Shown: piece after piece, positions 15,201-33,200 of the stretch
Layout: every line of letters begins with the position of its first letter
Numbering within the stretch: position 1 is the first letter of the stretch
Assembly: GCA_964016885.1 (NCBI GenBank)
Contig: OZ024741.1
Span: forward strand, 401,202,001 to 401,266,000
Origin: Eledone cirrhosa
Taxonomy: Eukaryota
Direction: 5' to 3'
Length of the DNA: 64,000 bases
The notes under the pieces: model-generated
What the model was told of the DNA's origin: nothing
What the model saw: only the letters and a program-made list of their open reading frames with translations
Databases searched by the model: none
Made by a program: the position numbers and the translations under genes

Positions 15201-18200
15201 AGACACAGACACACATTGAGACCCACAGACACATTGAGACACAGAGACACATTGTGACACATTGAGACACATCCACACATTGAAACACAGAGACACATTG
15301 AGACAAAGAGACACATTGAGACACAGACACAAATTGAGTCACAGACACACATTGAGACACAGAGACACATTGAGACACAGAGACACACATTGAGACGCAG
15401 ACACACATTGAGACACAGACACTCATTGAGATAAAGAGACCCATTGAGACACAGACACACATTAAGAAACAGACACTCATTGAGATACAGAGACATATTG
15501 AAACACAGAGACACACATTGAGACACAGACATACATTGAGACACAGACACACACTTTGAAACACAGAGACACATTGAGACACAGGGACACATTGAGACAC
15601 AGACACACATTGAGACACAGAGACACAGACACACATTGAGACACAGGGACACACATTGAGACACAGACCCACATTGAGATACAGAGACACATTGAGACAC
15701 AGACACACATTGAGACACAGACACACATTGAGACACAGAGACACATTGAGACACAGACACACATTGAGACACAGAGATACACATTGAGATACAGACCCAC
15801 ATTGAGAAACAGAGACACACATTGAGATTCAGAAACACATTGAAACACAGAGACACAGAGACACATTGAGACACAGAGACACACATTGAGACACAGAGAC
15901 ACATTGAGACACAGAGACACGTTGAGACACAGAGACACATTGAGACACAGTGACACACATTGAGTCACAGAGACACATTGAGACACAGAGACACACATTG
16001 AGACACAGACACACATTGAGACACAGAGATACACATTGAGACACAGACACACATTGAGATACAGAGACACACATTGAGATTCAGAAACACATTGAAACAC
16101 AGAGACACAGACACATTGAGACACAGAGACAGACATTGAGACACAGAGACACACATTGAGACACAGAGACACATTGAGACACAGAGACACATTGAGACAC
16201 TAGACACACATTGAGACACAGAGACATATTGAGACACAGAGACACACATTGAGATACAGACACACATTGAGACACAGAGACACACATTGAGACACAGAGA
16301 CACATTGAGACACAGAGACACACATTGAGACACAGAGACACATTGAGACACAGAGACACACATTGAGATACAGACACACATTGAGACACAGAGACACACA
16401 TTGAGACACAGAGACACATTGAGACACAGAGACACATTGAGATACAGACACACATTCAGACACAGAGACACGTTGAGATACAGACACACATTGAGACACA
16501 GACACACATTGAGACACAGAGAAACACAGAGACACATTGAGACACAGAGACACATTGAGACACAGACACACATTGAGACACATTGAGACACATAGAAACA
16601 TTGAGACACAGAGACACACATTGAGACACAGAAGCACACATTGAGACACAGAGACACACATTGATCCACAGAGACACATTGAGACACAGACACACGTTGA
16701 GACACAGACCCACATTGAGACACAGAGACACTTATTGAGACACAGAGACACATTGAGACACAGAGACACATTGAGACACCGACACACATTGAGACACAAA
16801 CACACATTTAGACACAGACACACATTGAGACACAGAGACACATTCAGACACAGAGACACACATTGAGACACAGAGACACACATTGCAACACAGAGACACA
16901 TTGAGACACGGGGACACATTGAGACACAGACACACATTGAGACCCACAGACACATTGAGACACAGAGACACATTGTGACACATTGAGACACAGCCACACG
17001 TTGAAACACAGAGACACATTGAGACAAAGAGACACATTGAGACACAGACACAAATTGAGACACAGACACACATTGAGACACAGAGACACATTGAGACACA
17101 GAGACACACATTGAGACGCAGACACACATTGAGACACAGACACACATTGAGACACAGAGACACTCATTGAGACAGAGAGACACATTGAGACACAGAGACA
17201 CATTGAGACACAGACACACATTGAGACACAAACACACATTGAGACACAGACACACATTGAGACACAGAGACACATTTAGACACAGAGACACATTGAGACA
17301 CAGACACACATTGAGACAAAGACACACATTGAGACACAGACACACATTGAGGCTCAGAGACACATTGAGACACAGAAACACATTGAAACACAGAGACACA
17401 TTGAGACACAGACACACATTGAGACACAGACACACATTGAGACACACACAGACACAGAGACATATTGAGACACAGAGACACATTGAGACACAGACACACA
17501 TTGAGACTCAGAGACACATTGATACACAGACACACATTGAGACACAGAGACACATTGAGACACAGACACACATTGAGCCACAGAGACACATTGAGACACA
17601 GAGACACATTGAGACACAGACACACATTGAAACACAGACACACATTGAGACTCAGAGACACATTGAGACACAGAAAAACATTGAGATACAGAGACACATT
17701 GAGACACAGAGACACATTGAGAAACAGAGACACACATTGAGAAACAGAGACACATTGAGACACAGAGACACATTGAGATACAGACACACATTGAGACACA
17801 GACACACATTGAGACACAGAGACACATTGAGACACACACAGACACAGAGACATATTGAGACACAGAGACACATTGAGACACAGACACACATTGAGACACA
17901 TTGAGACACATAGACACATTGAGACACAGAGACACACATTGAGACACAGAGGCACACATTGAGACACAGAGACACATTGTGACACATTGAGACACAGACA
18001 CACATTGAAACACAGAGACACATTGAGACACAGAGACACATTGAGACACAGACACACATTGAGACACAGACACACGTTGAGACACATAGACACATTGAGA
18101 CACAGAGACATACATTGAGAGACAGACACACATTGAGACACAGACACTCATTGAGATACAGAGACACATTGAGACACAGACACACGTTGAGACAGAGACA

Positions 18201-21200
18201 CACATTGAGACACAGACATACATTGAGACACAGAGACACATTGAGACACAGACACACATTGAGACACAGAGATACATTGAGACACAGAGACACATTGAGA
18301 CACAGACACACATTGAGACACAGAGACACGTTGAGACACAGACACACATTGAGACACAGACACACATTGAGACACAGAGATACATATTGAGACACAGACC
18401 CACATTGAGATACAGAGACACACATTGAGATTCAGAAACACATTGAAACACAGAGACACAGACACGTTGAGACACAGAGACAGACATTGAGACACAGAGA
18501 CACACATTGAGACACAGAGACACATTGAGACACAGAGACACATTGAGACACTAGACACACATTGAGACACAGAGACACATTGAGACACAGAGACACACAT
18601 TGAGATACAGACACACATTGAGACACAGAGACACACATTGAGACACAGAGACACATTGAGACACAGAGACACACATTGAGACACAGAGACACATTGAGAC
18701 ACAGAGACACACATTGAGATACAGACACACATTGAGACACAGAGACACACATTGAGACACAGAGACACGTTGAGACACAGAGACACATTGAGATACAGAC
18801 ACACATTCAGACACAGAGACACGTTGAGATACAGACACACATTGAGACACAGACACACATTGAGACACAGAGACAAACAGAGACATATTGAGACACAGAG
18901 ACACATTGAGACACAGAGACACATTGAGACACAGACACACATTGAGACACATTGAGACACAGACACACGTTGAGACACAGACCCACATTGAGACACAGAG
19001 ACACTCATTGAGACACAGAGACACATTGAGACACAGAGACACATTGAGACACAGACACACATTGAGACACAAACACACATTTAGACACAGACACACATTG
19101 AGACACAGAGACACATTCAGACACAGAGACACACATTGAGACACAGAGACACACATTGCAACACAGAGACACATTGAGACACGGGGACACATTGAGACAC
19201 AGACACACATTGAGACCCACAGACACATTGAGACACAGAGACACATTGTGACACATTGAGACACAGCCACACGTTGAAACACAGAGACACATTGAGACAA
19301 AGAGACACATTGAGACACAGACACAAATTGAGACACAGACACACATTGAGACACAGAGACACATTGAGACACAGAGACACACATTGAGACGCAGACACAC
19401 ATTGAGACACAGACACACATTGAGACACAGAGACACTCATTGAGACAGAGAGACACATTGAGACACAGAGACACATTGAGACACAGACACACATTGAGAC
19501 ACAAACACACATTGAGACACAGACACACATTGAGACACAGAGACACATTGAGACACAGAGACACATTGAGACACAGACACACATTGAGACAAAGACACAC
19601 ATTGAGACACAGACACACATTGAGGCTCAGAGACACATTGAGACACAGAAACACATTGAGACACAGAGACACATTGAGACGCAGACACACATTGAGACTC
19701 AGAGACACATTGAAACACAGAGACACATTGAGACACAGACACACATTGAGACACAGACACACATTGAGACACACACAGACACAGAGACATATTGAGACAC
19801 AGAGACACATTGAGACACAGACACACATTGAGACTCAGAGACACATTGATACACAGACACACATTGAGACACAGAGACACATTGAGACACAGACACACAT
19901 TGAGCCACAGAGACACATTGAGACACAGAGACACATTGAGACACAGACACACATTGAAACACAGACACACATTGAGACTCAGAGACACATTGAGACACAG
20001 AAAAACATTGAGATACAGAGACACATTGAGACACAGAGACACATTGAGAAACAGAGTCACACATTGAGAAACAGAGACACATTGAGACACAGAGACACAT
20101 TGAGATACAGACACACATTGAGACACAGACACACATTGAGACACAGAGACACATTGAGACACACACAGACACAGAGACATATTGAGACACAGAGACACAT
20201 TGAGACACAGACACACATTGAGACACATTGAGACACAGAGACACACATTGAGACACAGAGGCACACATTGAGACACAGAGACACATTGTGACACATTGAG
20301 ACACAGACACACATTGAAACACAGAGACACATTGAGACACAGAGACACATTGAGACACAGACACACATTGAGACACAGACACACGTTGAGACACATAGAC
20401 ACATTAAGACACAGAGACATACATTGAGAGACAGACACACATTGAGACACAGACACTCATTGAGATACAGAGACACATTGAGACACAGACACACGTTGAG
20501 ACAGAGACACACATTGAGACACAGACATACATTGAGACACAGAGACACATTGAGACACAGACACACATTGAGACACAGAGATACATTGAGACACAGAGAC
20601 ACATTGAGACACAGACACACATTGAGACACAGAGACACGCTGAGACACAGACACACATTGAGACACAGACACACATTGAGACACAGAGATACATATTGAG
20701 ACACAGACCCACATTGAGATACAGAGACACACATTGAGATTCAGAAACACCTTGAAACTCAGAGAGACAGACACATTGAGACACAGAGACAGACATTGAG
20801 ACACAGAGACACACAGACACATTGAGACACAGAGACACATTGAGACACTAGACACACATTGAGATACAGACACACATTGAGACACAGAGACACACATTGA
20901 GACACAGAGACACATTGAGACACAGAGACACACATTGAGAGACAGAGACACATTGAGACACAGAGACACACATTGAGATACAGACACACATTGAGACACA
21001 GAGACACATTGAGACACAGAGACACATTGAGATACAGACACACATTGAGACACAGAGACACGTTGAGATACAGACACACATTGAGACACAGACACACATT
21101 GAGACACAGAGACACACAGAGACATATTGAGACACAGAGACACATTGAGACACAGAGACACATTGAGACACAGACACACATTGAGACACAGAGACACAGA

Positions 21201-24200
21201 CACACATTGAGACACAGGGACACACATTGAGACACAGACCCACATTGAGATACAGAGACACATTGAGACACAGACACACATTGAGACACAGACACACATT
21301 GAGACACAGAGACACATTGAGACACAGACACACATTGAGACACAGACATACATTGAGACACAGATACACAGACACACATTGAGACACAGAGATACACATT
21401 GAGATACAGACCCACATTGAGATACAGAGACACACATTGAGATTCAGAAACACATTGAAACACAGATACACAGAGACACATTGAGACACAGAGACACACA
21501 TTGAGACACAGAGACACATTGAGACACAGAGACACGTTGAGACACAGAGACACATTGAGACACAGTGACACACATTGAGTCACAGAGACACATTGACACA
21601 CAGAGACACACATTGAGACACAGACACACAGTGAGACACAGAGACACACATTGAGACACAGAGACACACATTGAGACACAGAGACACATTGAGACACAGA
21701 GACACATTGAGACACAGAGACACATTGAGACACAGAGACACACATTGAGACACAGAGACACATTGAGACACAGAGACACACATTGTGATACAGACACACA
21801 TTGAGACACAGAGACACACATTGAGACACAGAGACACATTGAGACACAGAGACACATTGAGATACAGACACACATTGAGACACAGACACACATTGAGACA
21901 CAGAGACACATTGAGACACAGACACACATTGAGACATAGAGACACACAGAGAGATATTGAGACACAGAGACACATTGAGACACAGGCACAGATTGAGACA
22001 CATTGAGACACAGACACACATTGAGAAACAGACACTCATTGAGATACAGAGACATATTGAGACACAGAGACACACATTGAGACACAGACATAGATTGAGA
22101 CACAGAGACACTTTGAGACACAGACATACACATTGAAATACAGAGACACATTGAGACACAGGGACACATTGAGACACAGACACACATTGACACACAGACA
22201 CACATTGACACACAGACACATTGAGACACAGAGACACATTGAGACACAGATACACATTGAGACTCAGAGACACATTGAGACACAGCCACACATTGAGTCA
22301 CAGAGACACATTGAGATCCACAGACACATTGAGACACAGACACACATTGAGACACAGACACACATTGAGACACAGAGACACATTGAGACACAGACACATT
22401 GAGATCCACATACACATTGAGACACAGACACACATTGAGACACAGATACACATTGAGACACAGAGACACTAATTGAGACACAGAGACACAGAGACACATT
22501 GAGACACAGAGACACATTGAGACACAGACACACATTGAGACACAGAGACACGTTGAGACACAGACACACATTGAGACACAGACACACATTGAGACACAGA
22601 GATACACATTGAGACACAGACCCACATTGAGATACAGAGACACACATTGAGATTCAGAAACACATTGAAACACAGAGAAACAGGCACATTGAGACACAGA
22701 GACAGACATTGAGACACAGAGACACACATTGAGACACAGAGACACATTGAGACACAGAGACACATTGAGACACAGAGACACACATTGAGACACAGAGACA
22801 CATTGAGACACAGACACACATTGAGATACAGACACACATTCAGACACAGAGACACACATTGAGACACAGAGACACATTGAGACACAGAGACACACATTGA
22901 GACACAGAGACACATTGAGACACAGAGACACACATTGAGATACAGACACACATTGAGAGACAGAGACACACATTGAGACACAGAGACACATTGATACACA
23001 GACACATTGAGATACAGACACACATTGAGACACAGTCACACATTGAGACACAGAGACACATTGAGACACAGACACTCATTGAGACACAGAGACACACAGA
23101 GACATATTGAGACACAGAGACACATTGAGACACAGAGACACATTGAGACACAGACACACATTGAGACACATTGAGACACATAGACACATTGAGACACAGA
23201 GACACACATTGAGACACAGAAGCACACATTGAGACACAGAGACACACATTGATCCACAGAGACACATTGAGACACAGACACACATTGAGACACAGACACA
23301 CATTGAGACACATAGACACTCATTGAGACACGGAGACACATTGAGACACAGAGACACATTGAGACACAGGCACACATTGAGACACAAACACACATTGAGA
23401 CACAGACACACATTGAGACACAGAGACACATTCAGACACAGAGACACACATTGAAACACAGAGACACATTGAGACACAGGGACACATTGAGACACAGAAA
23501 CACATTGAGACCCAAAGACACATTGAGACACAGAGACACATTGTGACACATTGAGACACAGCCACACATTCAAACACAGAGACACATTGTGACAAAGAGA
23601 CACATTGAGACACAGACACAAATTGAGACACAGACACACATTGAGACACAGAGACACATTGTGACACAGAGAGATATTGAGACACAGAGACACACATTGA
23701 GACACAGACATACATTGAGACACAGAGACACATTGAGACACAGACACACACATTGAAACACAGAGACACATTGAGAAACAGACACTCGTTGAGATACAGA
23801 GAGATATTGAGACACAGAGACACACATTGAGACACAGACATACATTGAGACACAGAGACACATTGAGACACAGACACACACATTGAAACACAGACACACA
23901 TTGAGACACAGAGACACAGACACACATTGAGACACAGGGACACACATTGAGACACAGACCCACATTGAGATACAGAGACACATTGAGACACAGACACACA
24001 TTGAGACACAGACACACATTGAGACACACAGACACATTGAGACACAGACACACATTGAGACACAGACACACATTGAGACACAGATACACAGACACACATT
24101 GAGACACAGAGATACACATTGAGACACAGACCCACATTGAGATACAGAGACACACATTGAGATTCAGAAACACATTGAAACACAGAGACACAGAGACACA

Positions 24201-27200
24201 TTGAGACACAGAGACACACATTGAGACACAGAGACACATTGAGACACAGAGACACGTTGAGACACAGAGACACATTGAGACACAGTGACACACATTGAGT
24301 CACAGAGACACATTGAGACACAGAGACACACATTGAGACACAGACACACATTGAGACACAGAGACACACATTGAGACATAGAGACACACATTGAGTCACA
24401 GAGACACATTGAGACACAGAGACACATTGAGACACAGACACACATTGAGACACAAACACACATTGAGACACAGGGACACATTGAGACACAGAGACAAATT
24501 CAGACACAGAGACACACATTGAGACACAGAGACACACATTGAAACACAGAGACACATTGAGACACAGGGACACATTGAGACACAGACACACATTGAGACA
24601 CAAAGACACATTGAGACACAGAGACACATTGAGACACAGAGACACATTGAGACACAGACACACATTGAGACACAAACACACATTTAGACACAGACACACA
24701 TTGAGACACAGAGACACATTCAGACACAGAGACACACATTGAGACACAGAGACACACATTGGAACACAGAGACACATTGAGACACAGGGACACATTGAGA
24801 CACAGACACACATTGAGACCCACAGACACATTGAGACACAGAGACACATTGTGACACATTGAGACACAGCCACACATTGAAACACAGAGACACATTGAGA
24901 CAAAGAGACACACATTGAGATGCAGACACACATTGAGACACAGACACACATTGAGACACAGATACACATTGAGACACAGAGACACTAATTGAGACACAGA
25001 GACACAGAGACACATTGAGACACAGAGACACATTGAGACACAGACACACATTGAGACACAGAGACACGTTGAGACACAGACACACATTGAGACACAGACA
25101 CACATTGAGACACAGAGATACACATTGAGACACAGACCCACATTGAGATACAGAGACACACATTGAGATTCAGAAACACATTGAAACACAGAGAAACAGG
25201 CACATTGAGACACAGAGACAGACATTGAGACACAGAGACACACATTGAGATACAGAGACACACATTGAGACACAGAGACACATTGAGACACAGACACACA
25301 TTGAGATACAGACACACATTGAGACACAGAGACACACATTGAGACACAGAGACACATTGAGACACAGAGACACACATTGAGACACAGAGACACATTGAGA
25401 CACAGAGACACACATTGAGATACAGACACACATTGAGACACAGAGACACACATTGAGACACAGAGACACATTGAGACACAGACACATTGAGATACAGACA
25501 CACATTGAGACACAGACACACATTGAGACACAGAGACACATTGAGACACAGACACTCATTGAGACACAGAGACACACAGAGACATATTGAGACACAGAGA
25601 CACATTGAGACACAGAGACACATTGAGACACAGACACACATTGAGACACATTGAGACACATAGACACATTGAGACACAGAGACACACATTGAGACACAGA
25701 AGCACACATTGAGACACAGAGACACACATTGATCCACAGAGACACATTGAGACACAGACACACATTGAGACACAGACACACATTGAGACACAGAGACACT
25801 CATTGAGACACGGAGACACATTGAGACACAGAGACACATTGAGACACTGGCACACATTGAGACACAAACACACATTGAGACACAGAGACACATTCAGACA
25901 CAGAGACACACATTGAAACACAGAGACACATTGAGACACAGGGACACATTGAGACACAGAAACACATTGAGACCCAAAGACACATTGAGACACAGAGACA
26001 CATTGTGACACATTGAGACACAGCCACACATTCAAACACAGAGACACATTGTGACAAAGAGACACATTGAGACACAGACACAAATTGAGACACAGACACA
26101 CATTGAGACACAGAGACACATTGTGACACAGAGACACACATTGAGACACAGACACTCATTGAGATAAAGAGACACATTGAGACACAGACACACATTGAGA
26201 AACAGACACTCGTTGAGATACAGAGAGATATTGAGACACAGAGACACACATTGAGACACAGACATACATTGAGACACATAGACACATTGAGACACAGACA
26301 CACACATTGAAACACAGAGACACATTGAGACACAGGGACACATTGAGAAACAGACACTCGTTGAGATACAGAGAGATATTGAGACACAGAGACACAAATT
26401 GAGACACAGACATACATTGAGACACAGAGACACATTGAGACACAGACACACACATTGAAACACAGACACACATTGAGACACAGAGACACAGACACACATT
26501 GAGACACAGGGACACACATTGAGACACAGACCCACATTGAGACACAGACACACATCGAGACACAGACACACATTGAGACACACAGACACATTGAGACACA
26601 GACACACATTGAGACACAGACACACATTGAGACACAGATACGCAGACACACATTGAGACACAGAGATACACATTGAGACACAGACCCACATTGAGATACA
26701 GAGACACACATTGAGATTCAGAAACACATTGAAACACAGAGACACACATTGAGACACAGACACACATTGAGACACAGAGACACACATTGAGTGACAGAGT
26801 CACATTGAGACACAGAGACACATTGAGACACAGACACACATTGAGACACAGGGACACATTGAGACACAGAGACAAATTCAGACACAGAGACACACATTGA
26901 GACACAGAGACACACATTGAGACACAGAGACACACATTGAAACACAGAGACACATTGAGACACAGGGACACATTGAGACACAGACACACATTGAGACACA
27001 AAGACACATTGAGACACAGAGACACATTGAGACACAGAGACACATTCAGACACAGACACACATTGAGACACAAACACACATTTAGACACAGACACACATT
27101 GAGACACAGAGACACATTCAGACACAGAGACACACATTGAGACACAGAGACACACATTGGAACACAGAGACACATTGAGACACAGGGACACATTGAGACA

Positions 27201-30200
27201 CAGACACACATTGAGACCCACAGACACATTGAGACACAGAGACACATTGTGACACATTGAGACACAGCCACACATTGAAACACAGAGACACATTGAGACA
27301 AAGAGACACATTGAGACACAGACACAAATTGAGACACAGACACACATTGAGACACAGAGACACATTGAGACACAGAGACACACATTGAGACGCAGACACA
27401 CATTGAGACACAGACACACATTGAGACACAGAGACACTAATTGAGACAGAGAGATACATTGAGACACAGAGACACATTGAGGCACAGACGCACATTGAGA
27501 CACAAACACACATTGAGACACAGACACACATTGAGACACAGAGACACATTGAGACACAGAGACACATTGAGTCACAGACACACATTGAGACACAGACACA
27601 CATTGAGACACACATTGAGGCTCAGAGACACATTGAGACACAGAAACACATTGAGACACAGAGACACATTGAGACGCAGACACACATTGAGACTCAGAGA
27701 CACATTGAGACACAGAGACACATTGAGACACAGACACACATTGAGACACAGACACACATTGAGACGCACACAGACACAGAGACATATTGAGACACAGAGA
27801 CACATTGAGACACAGACACACATTGAGACACAGAGATACATTGAGACACAGACACACATTGAGCCACAGAGACACATTGAGACACAGAGACATATTGAGA
27901 CACAGACACACATTGAAACACAGACACACATTGAGACTCAGAGACACATTGAGACACAGAAAAACATTGAGATACAGAGACACATTGAGACACAGAGACA
28001 CATTGAGAAACAGAGACACACATTGAGAAACAGAGACACATTGAGACACAGAGACACATTGAGATACAGACACACATTGAGACACAGACACACATTGAGA
28101 CACAGAGACACATTGAGACACACACAGACACAGAGACATATTGAGACACAGAGACACGTTGAGACACAGACACACATTGAGACACATTGAGACACATAGA
28201 CACATTGAGACACTGAGACACACATTGAGACACAGAGGCACACATTGAGACACAGAGACACATTGAGACACAGACACACATTGAGACACAGACACACGTT
28301 GAGACACATAGACACATTGAGACACAGAGACATACATTGAGATACAGAGACACATTGAGACACAGACACACGTTGAGACAGAGACACACATTGAGACACA
28401 GACATACATTGAGACACAGAGACACATTGAGACACAGACACACATTGAGACACAGAGATACATTGAGACACAGAGACACATTGAGATACAGACACACATT
28501 GAGACACAGAGACACGTTGAGACACAGACACACATTGAGACACAGACACACATTGAGACACAGAGATACATATTGAGACACAGACCCACATTGAGATACA
28601 GAGACACACATTGAGATTCAGAAACACATTGAAACACAGAGACACAGACACATTGAGACACAGAGACAGACATTGAGACACAGAGACACACAGACACATT
28701 GAGACACAGAGACACATTGAGACACTAGACACACATTGAGATACAGACACACATTGAGACACAGAGACACACATTGAGACACAGAGACACATTAAGACAC
28801 AGAGACACACATTGAGACACAGAGACACATTGAGACACAGAGACACACATTGAGATACAGACACACATTGAGACACAGAGACACACATTGAGACACAGAG
28901 ACACATTGAGACACAGAGACACATTGAGATACAGACACACATTGAGACACAGAGACACGTTGAGATACAGACACACATTGAGACACAGACACACATTGAG
29001 ACACAGAGACACACAGAGACATATTGAGACACAGAGACACATTGAGACACAGAGACACATTGAGACACAGACACACATTGAGACACATTGAGACACATAG
29101 AAACATTGAGACACAGAGACACACATTGAGACACAGAAGCACACATTGAGACACAGAGACACACATTGATCCACAGAGACACATTGAGACACAGACACAC
29201 GTTGAGACACAGACACACATTGAGACACAGAGACACTCATTGAGACACAGAGACATATTGAGACACAGAGACACATTGAGACACAGACACACAGTGACAC
29301 AAACACACATTTAGACACAGACACACATTGAGACACAGAGACACATTCAGACACAGAGACACACATTGAGACACAGAGACACACATTGGAACACAGAGAC
29401 ACATTGAGACCCACAGACACATTGAGACACAGAGACACATTGTGACACATTGAGACACAGACACTCATTGAGATAAAGAGACACATTGAGACACAGACAC
29501 ACATTAAGAAACAGACACTCATTGAGATACAGAGACATATTGAGACACAGAGACACACATTGAGACACAGACATACATTGAGACACAGACACACACATTG
29601 AAACACAGAGACACATTGAGACACAGGGACACATTGAGACACAGACACACATTGAGACACAGAGACACAGACACACATTGAGACACAGGGACATACATTG
29701 AGACACAGACCCACATTGAGATACAGAGACACATTGAGACACAGACACACATTGAGACACAGACACACATTGAGACACAGAGACACATTGAGACACAGAC
29801 ACACATTGAGACACAGACACACATTGAGACACAGATACACAGACACACATTGAGACACAGAGATACACATTGAGATACAGACCCACATTGAGATACAGAG
29901 ACACACATTGAGATTCAGAAACACATTGAAACACAGAGACACAGAGACACATTGAGACACAGAGACACACATTGAGACACAGAGACACATTGAGACACAG
30001 AGACACGTTGAGACACAGAGACACATTGAGACACAGTGACACACATTGAGTCACAGAGACACATTGAGACACAGAGACACACATTGAGACACAGACACAC
30101 ATTGAGACACAGAGACACACATTGAGACACAGAGACACACATTGAGACACAGAGACACATTGAGACACAGAGACACATTGAGACACAGAGACACATTGAG

Positions 30201-33200
30201 ACACAGAGACACACATTGAGACACAGAGACACATTGAGACACAGAGACACATTGAGATACAGACACACATTGAGACACAGACACACATTGAGACACAGAG
30301 ACACATTGAGACACAGACACACATTGAGACATAGAGACACACAGAGAGATATTGAGACACAGAGACACATTGAGACACAGGCACAGATTGAGACACATTG
30401 AGACACAGACACACATTGAGAAACAGACACTCATTGAGATACAGAGACATATTGAGACACAGAGACACACATTGAGACACAGACATAGATTGAGACACAG
30501 AGACACTTTGAGACACAGACACACACATTGAAACACAGAGACACATTGAGACACAGGGACACATTGAGACACAGACACACATTGACACACAGACACACAT
30601 TGACACACAGACACATTGAGACACAGAGACACATTGAGACACAGATACACATTGAGACTCAGAGACACATTGAGACACAGCCACACATTGAGTCACAGAG
30701 ACACATTGAGATCCACAGACACATTGAGACACAGACACACATTGAGACACAGACACACATTGAGACACAGAGACACATTGAGACACAGACACATTGAGAT
30801 CCACATACACATTGAGACACAGACACACATTGAGACACAGATACACATTGAGACACAGAGACACTAATTGAGACACAGAGACACAGAGACACATTGAGAC
30901 ACAGAGACACATTGAGACACAGACACACATTGAGACACAGAGACACGTTGAGACACAGACACACATTGAGACACAGACACACATTGAGACACAGAGATAC
31001 ACATTGAGACACAGACCCACATTGAGATACAGAGACACACATTGAGATTCAGAAACACATTGAAACACAGAGAAACAGGCACATTGAGACACAGAGACAG
31101 ACATTGAGACACAGAGACATACATTGAGACACAGAGACACATTGAGACACAGAGACACATTGAGACACAGAGACACACATTGAGACACAGAGACACATTG
31201 AGACACAGACACACATTGAGATACAGACACACATTGAGACACAGAGACACACATTGAGACACAGAGACACATTGAGACACAGAGACACACATTGACACAC
31301 AGAGACACATTGAGACACAGAGACACACATTGAGATACAGACACACATTGAGACACAGAGACACACATTGAGACACAGAGACACATTGAGACACAGACAC
31401 ATTGAGATACAGACACACATTGAGACACAGACACACATTGAGACACAGAGACACATTGAGACACAGACACTCATTGAGACACAGAGACACACAGAGACAT
31501 ATTGAGACACAGAGACACATTGAGACACAGAGACACATTGAGACACAGACACACATTGAGACACATTGAGGCACATAGACACATTGAGACACAGAGACAC
31601 ACATTGAGACACAGAAGCACACATTGAGACACAGAGACACACATTGATCCACAGAGACACATTGAGACACAGACACACATTGAGATACAGACACACATTG
31701 AGACACAGAGACACTCATTGAGACACGGAGACACATTGAGACACAGAGACACATTGAGACACAGGCACACATTGAGACACAAACACACATTGAGACACAG
31801 ACACACATTGAGACACAGAGACACATTCAGACACAGAGACACACATTGAAACACAGAGACACATTGAGACACAGGGACACATTGAGACACAGAAACACAT
31901 TGAGACCCAAAGACACATTGAGACACAGAGACACATTGTGACACATTGAGACACAGCCACACATTCAAACACAGAGACACATTGTGACAAAGAGACACAT
32001 TGAGACACAGACACAAGGTGAGACACAGACACACATTGAGACACAGAGACACATTGTGACACAGAGACACACATTGAGACGCAGACACACATTGAGACAC
32101 AGACACTCATTGAGATAAAGAGACACATTGAGACACAGACACACATTGAGAAACAGACACTCGTTGAGATACAGAGAGATATTGAGACACAGAGACACAC
32201 ATTGAGACACAGACATACATTGAGACACAGAGACACATTGAGACACAGGGACACATTGAGACACAGACACACATTGAGACACAGAAACACATTGAGACAC
32301 AGACACACATTGAGACACAGACACACATTGAGACACAGAGACACAGACACACATTGAGACACAGGGACACACATTGAGACACAGACCCACATTGAGATAC
32401 AGAGACACATTGAGTCACAGACACACATTGAGACACAGACACACATTGAGACACACAGACACATTGAGACACAGACACACATTGAGACACAGACACACAT
32501 TGAGACACAGATACACAGACACACATTGAGACACAGAGATACACATTGAGACACAGACCCACATTGAGATACAGAGACACACATTGAGATTCAGAAACAC
32601 ATTGAAACACAGAGACACAGAGACACATTGAGACACAGAGACACACATTGAGACACAGAGACACATTGAGACACAGAGACACGTTGAGACACAGAGACAC
32701 ATTGAGACACAGTGACACACATTGAGTCACAGAGACACATTGAGACACAGAGACACACATTGAGACACAGACACACATTGAGACACAGAGACACACATTG
32801 AGACATAGAGACACACATTGAGTCACAGAGACACATTGAGACACAGAGACACATTGAGACACAGACACACATTGAGACACAAACACACATTGAGACACAG
32901 GGACACATTGAGACACAGAGACAAATTCAGACACAGAGACACACATCGAGACACAGAGACACACATTGAAACACAGAGACACATTGAGACACAGGGACAC
33001 ATTGAGACACAGACACACATTGAGACCCAAAGACATATTGAGACACAGAGACACATTGTGACACATTGAGACACAGCCACACATTGAAACACAGAGACAC
33101 ATTGAGACACAGAGACACATTGAGACACAGACACAAATTGAGACACAGACACACATTGAGACACAGAGACACATTGAGACACAGAGACACACATTGAGAC

